NCBI RefSeq assembly: GCF_009914755.1
Contig: NC_060925.1
DNA length: 64,000 bases
From: the human T2T-CHM13v2.0 reference genome, Homo sapiens
Strand: one strand, 5' to 3'
Shown: positions 1-12,100 of the stretch, one piece after another
How positions within the stretch are numbered: the first letter of the stretch is position 1
Layout of the letters: every line of letters begins with the position of its first letter
The notes under the pieces: model-generated
Told to the model about the DNA's origin: nothing
Database searches by the model: none
Seen by the model: the letters and a program-made list of their open reading frames with translations, nothing else
Made by a program: the position numbers and the translations under genes

Positions 1-1699
1 TTCGATGACTCCATTCGATTGTATTCGATGGTGATTGAATTCGAGTCCATGGATTAATCCATTGCATTCCATTCGATGATTCCATTCGAGTCCATTCGAT
101 GATTCTATTCGATTGCATTCGATAATTCCATTCGATTGCATTCGATAAATCCATTTGATGCCATTTGAGGATAATTCCATTTGAGTCCATTCGATGATTG
201 TTCCATTCGATTCTATTCGGTGATTCCATTCGACTTCATTTGATAATGATTCCATTCGAGACCATTCGATGATTCTATTCAATTCCATTCAATAATGATT
301 CCATTCTAGTCCATTCAACGATTCCATTCAAGCCCATTCGATGATTCCATCTGATTCCATTCAATGAATCCATGCGATTCCATTCTATGATGATTCCATT
401 CATTCCCATCTGATGATGATTCCATTCGATTCCATTCAGTGATTCCTTTCGATTCCATTTGATGATGATTTCAATCAATTTCATTCGATGATTCCATTAG
501 AATCCATTCGATGATGAGTCCATCCATTTCAATTTCATGATAATTCCATTCGTTTCAATTCGATGGTGTTTCCATTCGATTCCATTCGATATTGATTCCA
601 TTAGTTTCCATTGGATGATGATTCCATTCGAGTCCATTCCATGATGATCACAATGGATTTCATTCCATAATTCTATTCGATTCCATTTGATGATGATTCC
701 ATCTGATTCCATTTGATGATCCCATTCGATTCCATTCGATGATGATTCCATTCGTTTCCATCCGATGATGATTCCATTCGATTCCGTTCAATGATTATTC
801 CATTCGAGTCCATTCGATGATTCCATTCGATTCCATCCGATGATGATTCCTTTCGATTCCGTTCAATGATTATTCCATTCGAGTCCATTCTATGATTCCA
901 TTCGATTCCATTCGATGATGATTGCATTCGAGACCATGGATTCTTCCATTCCATTCCATTAGATGATTCCATTCGAGTCCATTCGATGATTCTCTTCGAT
1001 TCCATTCGATAATTCCGTTTGATTCCGTTTGATGTTGATTCCATTCGAGTCCATTCAATGATAATTCCATTCGATTCTATGCGATGATTCCATTCCTTTC
1101 CATTTGGAGGTGGTTCCATTCGAGACCATTCGTTGATTGCATTCAATTCATTCGATGACGATTCCATTCAATTCCGTTCAATGATTCCATTAGATTCCAT
1201 TTGATGATGATTCCATTCGATTCCATTTGATGATGATTCCATGCGATTCCATTAGATGATGACTCCTTTCATTTCCATTCAATGAGGATTCCATTCGGTT
1301 CCATTTGATGATGATTCCTTTGAATTCCATTTGATGACAATTCCATTCAATACCAATTGGTGATGTTTATTTTTGATTCCATTTGATGATGATTATATTC
1401 GATTCCATTTGATCGTGATTCCATTCGATTCCACTCGATGATTCCATTCGATTTCATTCAATATTTATTCCATTTGAGTCGATTCGATGACTCCATTCGA
1501 TTGTATTCGATGGTGATTGAATTCGAGTCCATGGATTAATCCATTGCATTCCATTCGATGATTCCATTCGAGTCCATTCGATGATTCTATTCGATTGCAT
1601 TCGATAATTCCATTCGATTGCATTCGATAAATCCATTTGATTCCATTTGAGGATAATTCCATTTGAGTCCATTCGATGATTGTTCGATTCGATTCTATT

Positions 1700-4600
1700 C
1701 GGTGATTCCATTCGACTTCATTTGATAATGATTCCATTCGAGACCATTCGATGATTCTATTCAATTCCATTCAATAATGATTCCATTCGAGTCCATTCAA
1801 CGATTCCATTCAAGTCCATTCGATGATTCCATCTGATTTCACTCAATGAAACCATTCGATTCCATTCTATGATGATTCCATTCATTTCCATCTGATGATG
1901 ATTCCATTCGATTCCATTCAATGATTCCTTTCGATTCCATTTGATGATGATTTCAATCAATTTCATTCGATGATTCCATTCGAATCCATTCGATGATGAG
2001 TCCATCCATTTCAATTTCATGATAATTCCATTCGTTTCAATTCGATGGTGTTTCCATTCGATTCCATTCGATGTTGATTCCATTAGTTTCCATTGCATGA
2101 TGATTCCATTCGAGTCCATTTGATGATGATCACAATGGATTTCATTCCATAATTCTATTCGATTCCATTTGATGATGATTCCATCTGATTCCATTTGATG
2201 ATCCCATTCGATTCCATTCGATGATGATTCCATTCGTTTCCATCCGATGATGATTCCATTCGATTCCGTTCAATGATTATTCCATTCAAGTCCATTCGAT
2301 GATTCCATTTGATTCCATTCGATGATGATTGCATTCGAGTCCATGGATTCTTCCATTCCATTCCATTAGATGATTCCATTCGAGTCCGTTCGATGATTCT
2401 CTTCGATTCCATTCGATACTTCCGTTTGATTCCGTTTGATGTTGATTCCATTCGAGTCCATTCGATGATAATTCCATTCGATTCTATGCCATGATTCCAT
2501 TCCATTCCATTTGGAGGTGGTTCCATTCGAGACCATTCGTTGATTGCATTCAACTCATTCGATGACGATTCAATTCAATTCTGTTCAATGATTCCATTAG
2601 ATTCCATTTGATGATGATTCCATTCGATTCCATTTCATGATGATTCCATGCGATTCCATTAGATGATGACTCCTTTCATTTCCATTCAATGAGGATTCCA
2701 TTCGGTTCCATTTGATGATGATTCCTTTGAATTCCGTTTGATGACAATTCCATTCAATACCAATTGATGATGGTTATTTTGAGTCCATTTGATGATGATA
2801 ACTTTCGATTCCATTTGATCATGATTCCATTCGATTCCACTCGATGATTCCATTCAATGATGATTCCATTCGAGTTCATTGACTATTCCATTCCATTTCA
2901 ATCGATGATTCCTTTCAAGTCCATTCGATGATTCTATTCGATTGCATTCGATTATTCCATTCGATTGCATTCGATAATTCCATTCGATTCCATTTGAGGA
3001 TAATTCCATTTGAGTCCATTCGATGATTGTTCCATTCGATTCTATTCGGTGATTCCATTCGATTCCATTTGATAATGATTCCATTCGAGACCATTCGATG
3101 ATTCCATTCAATTCCATTCAATAATGATTCCATTCGAGTCCATTCAATGATTCCATTCAAGTCCATTCGATGATTCCATCTGATTCCATTCAATGAATCC
3201 ATTCGATTCCATTCTATGATGATTCCATTCATTTCCATCTCATGATGATTCCATTCGATTCCATTCAATGATTCCATTCGATTCCATTTGATGATGATTT
3301 CAATCAATTTCATTCGATGATTCCATTCGAATCCATTCGATGATGAGTCCATCCATTTCAATTTCATGATAATTCCATTCGTTTCAATTGGATGGAGTTT
3401 CCATTCGATTCCATTCGATGTTGATTCCATCAGTTTCCATTGCATGATGATTCCATTCGAGTCCATTTGATGATGATCACAATGGATTTCATTCCATAAT
3501 TCTATTCGATTCCACTTGATGATGATTCCTTCTGATTCCATTTGATGATCCCATTCGATTCCATTCGATGATGATTCCATTCGTTTCCATCCGATGATGA
3601 TTCCATTCGATTCCGTTCAATGATTATTCCATTCGAGTCCATTCGATGATTCCATTCGATTCCATTCGATGATGATTGCATTCGAGTCCATGGATTCTTC
3701 CATTCCATTCCATTAGTTGATTCCATTCGAGTCCGTTCGATGATTCTCTTCGATTCCATTCGATAATTCCGTTTGATTCCGTTTGATGTTGATTCCATTC
3801 GAGTCCATTCGATGATAATTCCATTCGATTCTATGCCATGATTCCATTCCATTCCATTTGGAGATGGTTCCATTCGAGACCATTCGTTGATTGCATTGAA
3901 TTCATTCGATGACGATTCCATTCAATTCCGTTCAATGATTCCATTAGTTTCCACTTGATGATGATTCCATTCGATTCCATTTCATGATGATTCCATGCGA
4001 TTCCATTAGATGATGACTCCTTTCATTTCCATTCAATGAGGTTTCCATTCGGTTCCATTTGATGATGATTCCTTTGAATTCCGTTTGATGACAATTCCAT
4101 TCAATAACAATTGATGATGGTTATTTTGATTCCATTTGATGATGATTACTTTCGATTCCATTTGATCATGATTCCATTCGATTCCACTCGATGATTCCAT
4201 TCAATGATGATTCCATTCGAGTTCATTGACTATTCCATTCCATTTCAATCGATGATTACTTTCAAGTCCATTCGATGATTCTATTCGATTGCATTCGATT
4301 ATTCCATTCGATTGCATTCGATAATTCCATTCGATTCCATTTGAGGATAATACCATTTGAGTCCATTTGATGATTATTCCATTCGATTCTATTCGGTGAT
4401 TCCATTCGATTCCACTTGATAATGATGCCATTCGAGACCATTCGATGATTCCATTCAATTCCATTCAATAATGATTCCATTCGAGTCCATTCAATTATTC
4501 CATTCAAGTCCATTCGATGATTCCATCTGATTCCATTCAATGAATCCATTCGATTCCATTCTATGATGATTCCATTCATTTCCATCTGATGATGATTCCA

Positions 4601-7600
4601 TTCGATTCCATTCGATGATGATTGCATTTGAGACCATGGATTCTTCCATTCCATTCCATTAGATGATTCCATTCGAGTCCGTTCGATGATTCTCTTCGAT
4701 TCCATTCGATAATTCCGTTTGATTCTGTGTGATGTTGATTCCATTCGAGTCCATTCGATGATAATTCCATTCGATTCTATGCGATGATTCCATTCCATTC
4801 CATTTGGAGGTGGTTCCATTCGAGACCATTCGTTGATTGCATTCAATTCTTTCGATGACGATTCCATTCAATTCCGTTCAATGATTCCATTAGATTCCAT
4901 TTGATGATGATTCCATTCGATTCCATTTGATGATGATTCCATGTGATTCCATTAGATGATGACTCCTTTCATTTCCATTCAATGAGGATTCCATTCGGTT
5001 CCATTTGATGATGATTCCTTTGAATTCCATTTGATGACAATTCCATTCAATACCAATTGATGATGTTTATTTTTGATTCCATTTGATGATGATTACATTC
5101 GATTCCATTTGATCATGATTCCATTCGATTCCACTCGATGATTCCATTCGATTCCATTCAATGATTATTCCATTTGAGTCGATTCGATGACTCCATTCGA
5201 TTGTATTCGATGGTGATTGAATTCGAGTCCATGGATTAATCCATTGCATTCCATTCGATGATTCCATTCGAGTCCATTCGATGATTCTATTCGATTGCCT
5301 TCGATAATTCCATTCGATTGCATTCGATAAATCCATTTGATTCCATTTGAAGATAATTCCATTTGAGTCCATTCGATGATTGTTCCATTCGATTCTATTC
5401 GGTGATTCCATTCGACTTCATTTGATAATGATTCCATTCGAGACCATTCGATGATTCTATTCAATTCCATTCAATAATGATTCCATTCGAGTCCATTCAA
5501 CGATTCCATTCAAGTCCATTCGATGATTCCATCTGATTCCATTCAATGAATCCATGCGATTCCATTCTATGATGATTCCATTCATTTCCATCTGATGATG
5601 ATTCCATTCGATTCCATTCAATGATTCCATTCGATTCCATTTGATGATGATTTCAATCAATTTCATTCGATGATTCCATTCGAATCCATTCGATGATGAG
5701 TCCATCCATTTCAATTTCATGATAATTCCATTCGTTTCAATTCGATGGAGTTTCCATTCGATTCCATTCGATGTTGATTCCATTAGTTTCCATTGCATGA
5801 TGATTCCATTCGAGTCCATTTGATGATGATCACAATGGATTTCATTCCATAATTCTATTCGATTCCATTTGATGATGATTCCATCTGATTCCATTTGATG
5901 ATCCCATTCGATTCCATTCGATGATGATTCCATTCGTTTCCATCCGATGATGATTCCATTCGATTCCGTTCAATGATTATTCCATTCAAGTCCATTCGAT
6001 GATTCCATTTGATTCCATTCGATGATGATTGCATTCGAGTCCATGGATTCTTCCATTCCATTCCATTAGATGATTCCATTTGAGTCCGTTCGATGATTCT
6101 CTTCGATTCCATTCGATAATTCCGTTTGATTCCGTTTGATGTTGATTCCATTCGAGTCCATTCGATGATAATTCCATTCGATTCTATGCCATGATTCCAT
6201 TCCATTCCATTTGGAGGTGGTTCCATTCGAGACCATTCGTTGATTGCATTCAATTCATTCGATGACGATTCAATTCAATTCTGTTCAATGATTCCATTAG
6301 ATTCCATTTGATGATGATTCCATTGGATTCCATTTCATGATGATTCCATGCGATTCCATTAGATGATGACTCCTTTCATTTCCGTTCAATGAGGATTCCA
6401 TTCGGTTCCATTTGATGATGATTCCTTTTAATTCCGTTTGATGACAATTCCATTCAATACCAATTGATGATGGTTATTTTGAGACCATTTGATGATGATT
6501 ACTTTCGATTCCATTTGATCATGATTCCATTCGATTCCACTCGATGATTCCATTCAATGATGATTCCATTCGAGTTCATTGACTATTCCATTCCATTTCA
6601 ATCGATGATTCCTTTCAAGTCCATTCGATGATTCTATTCGATTGCATTCGATTATTCCATTCGATTGCATTCGATAATTCCATTCGATTCCATTTGAGGA
6701 TAATTCCATTTGAGTCCATTCGATGATTGTTCCATTCGATTCTATTCGGTGATTCCATTCGATTCCATTTGATAATGATTCCATTCGAGACCATTCGATG
6801 ATTCCATTCAATTCCATTCAATAATGATTCCATTCGAGTCCATTCAATGATTCCATTCAAGTCCATTCGATGATTCCATCTGATTCCATTCAATGAATCC
6901 ATTCGATTCCATTCTATGATGATTCCATTCATTTCCATCTCATGATGATTCCATTCGATTCCATTCAATGATTCCATTCGATTCCATTTCATGATGATTT
7001 CAATCAATTTCATTCGATGATTCCATTCGAATCCATTCGATGATGAGTCCATCCATTTCAATTTCATGATAATTCCATTCGTTTCAATTCGATGGAGTTT
7101 CCATTCGATTCCATTCGATGTTGATTCCATTAGTTTCCATTGCATGATGATTCCATTCGAGTCCATTTGATGATGATCACAATGGATTTCATTCCATAAT
7201 TCTATTCGATTCCACTTGATGATGATTCCTTCTGATTCCATTTGATGATCCCATTCGATTCCATTCGATGATGATTCCATTCGTTTCCATCCGATGATGA
7301 TTCCATTCGATTCCGTTCAATGATTATTCCATTCGAGTCCATTCGATGATTCCATTCGATTCCATTCGATGATGATTGCATTCGAGTCCATGGATTCTTC
7401 CATTCCATTCCATTAGATGATTCCATTCGAGTCCGTTCGATGATTCTCTTCGATTCCATTCGATAATTCCGTTTGATTCCGTTTGATGTTGATTCCATTC
7501 GAGTCCATTCGATGATAATTCCATTCGATTCTATGCCATGATTCCATTCCATTCCATTTGGAGATGGTTCCATTCGAGACCATTCGTTGATTGCATTCAA

Positions 7601-9100
7601 TTCATTCGATGACGATTCCATTCAATTCCGTTCAATGATTCCGTTAGATTCCACTTGATGATGATTCCATTCGATTCCATTTCATGATGATTCCATGCGA
7701 TTCCATTAGATGATGACTCCTTTCATTTCCATTCAATGAGGATTCCATTCGGTTCCATTTGATAATGATTCCTTTGAATTCCGTTTGATGACAATTCCAT
7801 TCAATAACAATTGATGATGGTTATTTTGATTCCATTTGATGATGATTACTTTCAATTCCATTTGATCATGATTCCATTCGATTCCACTCGATGATTCCAT
7901 TCAATGATGATTCCATTCGAGTTCATTGACTATTCCATTCAATTTCAATCGATGATTCCTTTCAAGTCCATTCGATGATTCTATTCGATTGCATTCGATT
8001 ATTCCATTCGATTGCATTCGATAATTCCATTCGATTCCATTTGAGGATAATACCATTTGAGTCCATTCGATGATTATTCCATTCGATTCTATTCGGTGAT
8101 TCCATTCGATTCCACTTGATAATGATGCCATTCGAGACCATTCGATGATTCCATTCAATTCCATTCAATAATGATTCCATTCGAGTCCATTCAATTATTC
8201 CATTCAAGTCCATTCGATGATTCCATCTGATTCCATTCAATGAATCCATTCGATTCCATTCTATGATGATTCCATTCATTTCCATCTGATGATGATTCCA
8301 TTCGATTCCATTCGATGATGATTGCATTTGAGACCATGGATTCTTCCATTCCATTCCATTAGATGATTCCGTTCGAGTCCGTTCGATGATTCTCTTCGAT
8401 TCCATTCGATAATTCCGTTTGATTCTGTGTGATGTTGATTCCATTCGAGTCCATTCGATGATAATTCCATTCGATTCTATGCGATGATTCCATTCCATTC
8501 CATTTGGAGGTGGTTCCATTCGAGACCATTCGTTGATTGCATTCAATTCTTTCGATGACGATTCCATTCAATTCCGTTCAATGATTCCATTAGATTCCAT
8601 TTGATGATGATTCCATTCGATTCCATTTGATGATGATTCCATGTGATTCCATTAGATGATGACTCCTTTCATTTCCATTCAATGAGGATTCCATTCGGTT
8701 CCATTTGATGATGATTCCTTTGAATTCCATTTGATGACAATTCCATTCAATACCAATTGATGATGTTTATTTTTGATTCCATTTGATGATGATTACATTC
8801 GATTCCATTTGATCATGATTCCATTCGATTCCACTCGATGATTCCATTCGATTCCATTCAATGATTATTCCATTTGAGTCGATTCGATGACTCCATTCGA
8901 TTGTATTCGATGGTGATTGAATTCGAGTCCATGGATTAATCCATTGCATTCCATTCGATGATTCCATTCGAGTCCATTCGATGATTCTATTCGATTGCAT
9001 TCGATAATTCCATTCGATTGCATTCGATAAATCCATTTGATTCCATTTGAAGATAATTCCATTTGAGTCCATTCGATGATTGTTCCATTCGATTCTATTC
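1700..9100 (+). repeat. Two copies of a 3700-bp trimeric higher-order repeat (1407+1347+946)
   Basis: Homologous ORFs are offset by exactly 3700 bp (1757/5457, 2155/5855, 2915/6615, 3502/7202, 4262/7962, 5067/8767). Both copies share private variants such as GATAATACCATTT and AATGATGCCATT, plus the same 375-bp deletion. Confidence 0.9.
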
Positions 9101-12100
9101 GGTGATTCCATTCGACTTCATTTGATAATGATTCCATTCGAGACCATTCGATGATTCTATTCAATTCCATTCAATAATGATTCCATTCGAGTCCATTCAA
9201 CGATTCCATTCAAGTCCATTCGATGATTCCATCTGATTCCATTCAATGAATATGCGAATCCATTCTATGATGATTCCATTCATTTCCATCTGATGATGAT
9301 TCCATTCGATTCCATTCAATGATTCCTTTCGATTCCATTTGATGATGATTTCAATCAATTTCATTGGATGATTCCATTCGAATCCATTCGATGATGAGTC
9401 CATCCATTTCAATTTCATGATAATTCCATTCGTTTCAATTTGATGGTGTTTCCATTTGATTCCATTCGATGTTGATTCCATTAGTTTCCATTGGATGATG
9501 ATTCCATTCGAGTCCATTCAATGATGATCACATTGTATTTCATTCCATAATTCTATTCGATTTCATTTGATGATGATTCCATCTGTTTCCATTTGATGAT
9601 CCCATTCGATTCCATTCGATGATGATTCCATTCGTTTCCATCCGATGATGATTCCATTCGATTCCGTTCAATGATTATTCCATTCCAGTCCATTCGATGA
9701 TTCCACTCGATTCCATTCGATGACGATTGCATTCGAGTCCATGGATTCTTCCATTCCATTGCATTAGATGATTCCATTCGAGTCCGTTCGATGATTCTCT
9801 TCGATTCCATTCGATAATTCCGTTTTATTCCGTTTGATGTTGATTCCATTCGAGTCCTTTCGATGATAATTCCATTCGATTCTATGCGATGATTCCATTC
9901 CAATCCATTTGGAGATGGTTCCATTCGAGACCATTCGTTGATTGCATTCAATTCATTCGATGACGATTCCATTCAATTCCGTTCAATGATTCCGTTATAT
10001 TCCATTTGGCGATGATTCCATTCGATTCCATTTGATGATGATTCCATGCGATTCCATTAGATGATGACTCCTTTCATTTCCATTCAATGAGGATTCCATT
10101 CGGTTCCATTTGATGATGATTCCTTTGAATTCCAATTGATGACAATTCCATTCAATACCAATTGATGATGCTTATTTTTGATTCCATTTGATGATGAATA
10201 CATTCGATTCCATTTGATCATGATTCCATTCGATTCCACTCGATGATTCCATTCGATTCCAATCAATGATTATTCCATTTGAGTCGATTCGATGACTCCA
10301 TTCGATTGTATTCGACGGTGATTGAATTCGAGTCCATGGATTAATCCATTGCATTCCACTCGATGATTCCATTCGAGTCCATTCGATGATTCAATTCGAT
10401 TGCATTCGATAATTCCATTCAATTGCATTCGATAAATCCATTTGATTCCATTTGAGGATAATTCCATTTGAGTCCATTCGATGATTGTTCCATTCGATTC
10501 TATTCGGTGATTCCATTCGACTTCATTTGATAATGATTCCATTCGAGACCATTCGATGATTCTATTTAATTCCATTCCATAATGATTCCATTCGAGTCCA
10601 TTCAACGATTCCATTCAAGCCCATTCGATGATTCCATCTGATTCCATTCAATGAATCCATGCGATTCCTTTCTATGATGATTCCATTCATTTCCATCTGA
10701 TGATGATTCCATTCGATTCCATTCAATGATTCCTTTCGATTCCATTTGATGATGATTTCAATCAATTTCATTCGATGATTCCATTCGAATCCATTCGATG
10801 ATGAGTCCATCCATTTCAATTTCATGATAATTCCATTCGTTTCAATTCGATGGTGTTTCCATTCGATTCCATTCGATGTTGATTCCATTAGTTTCCATTG
10901 GATGATGATTCCATTCGAGTCCATTCAATGATGATCACATTGGATTTCATTCCATAATTCTATTCGATTCCATTTGATGATGATTCCATCTGATTCCATT
11001 TGATGATCCCATTCGATTCCATTCGATGATGATTCCATTCGTTTCCATCCGATGATGATTCATTCGATTCCGTTCAATGATTATTCCATTCGAGTCCATT
11101 CGATGATTCCATTCGATTCCATTCGATGATGATTGCATTCGAGTCCATGGATTCTTCCATTCCATTCCATTAGATGATTCCATTCGAGTCCGTTCGATGA
11201 TTCTCTTCGATTCCATTCGATAATTCCGTTTGATTCCGTTTGATGTTGATTCCATTCGAGTCCATTCGATGATAATTCCATTCGATTATATGCGATGATT
11301 CCATTCCATTCCATTTGGAGGTGGTTCCATTCGAGACCATTCGTTGATTGCATTGAATTCATTCGATGACGATTCCATTCAATTCCGTTCAATGATTCCA
11401 TTAGATTCCATTTGATGATGATTCCATTCGATTCCATTTGATGATGATTCCTTGCGATTCCATTAGATGATGACTCCTTTCATTTCCATTCAATGAGGAT
11501 TCAATTCGGTTCCATTTGATGATGATTCCTTTGAATTCCGTTTGATGACAATTCCATTCAATACCTATTGATGATGTTTATTTTTGATTCCATTTGATGA
11601 TGATTACTTTTGATTCCATTTGATCATGATTCCATTCGATTCCACTCGATGATTCCATTCGATTCCATTCAATGATTATTCCATTTGAGTCGAATCGATG
11701 ACTCCATTCGATTGTATTCGATGGTGATTGAATTCGAGTCCATGGATTAATCCATTGCATTCCATTCGATGATTCCATTCGAGTCCATTCGATGATTCTA
11801 TTCGATTGCATTCGATAATTCCATTCGATTGCATTTGATAAATCCATTTGATTCCATTTGAGGATAATTCCATTTGAGTCCATTCGATGATTGTTCCATT
11901 CGATTCTATTCGGTGATTCCATTCGACTTCATTTGATAATGATTCCATTCGAGACCATTCGATGATTCTATTCAATTCCATTCAATAATGATTCCATTCG
12001 AGTCCATTCAACGATTCCATTCAAGTCCATTCGATGATCCCATCTGATTCCATTCAATGAATCCATGCGATTCCATTCTATGATGATTCCATTCATTTCC

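Noticed and set aside
2309-2494. Plus-strand ORFs (2309-2494 and 20241-20462)
   Set aside because: They are chance openings caused by single-base loss of stop codons in individual monomers.
4591-4613. 375-bp deletion being 5 x 75 bp and preserving the reading frame, as evidence of coding selection or a 75-bp period
   Set aside because: One in three deletions is in-frame by chance, and the 616-, 49-, 26- and 10-bp deletions are not.
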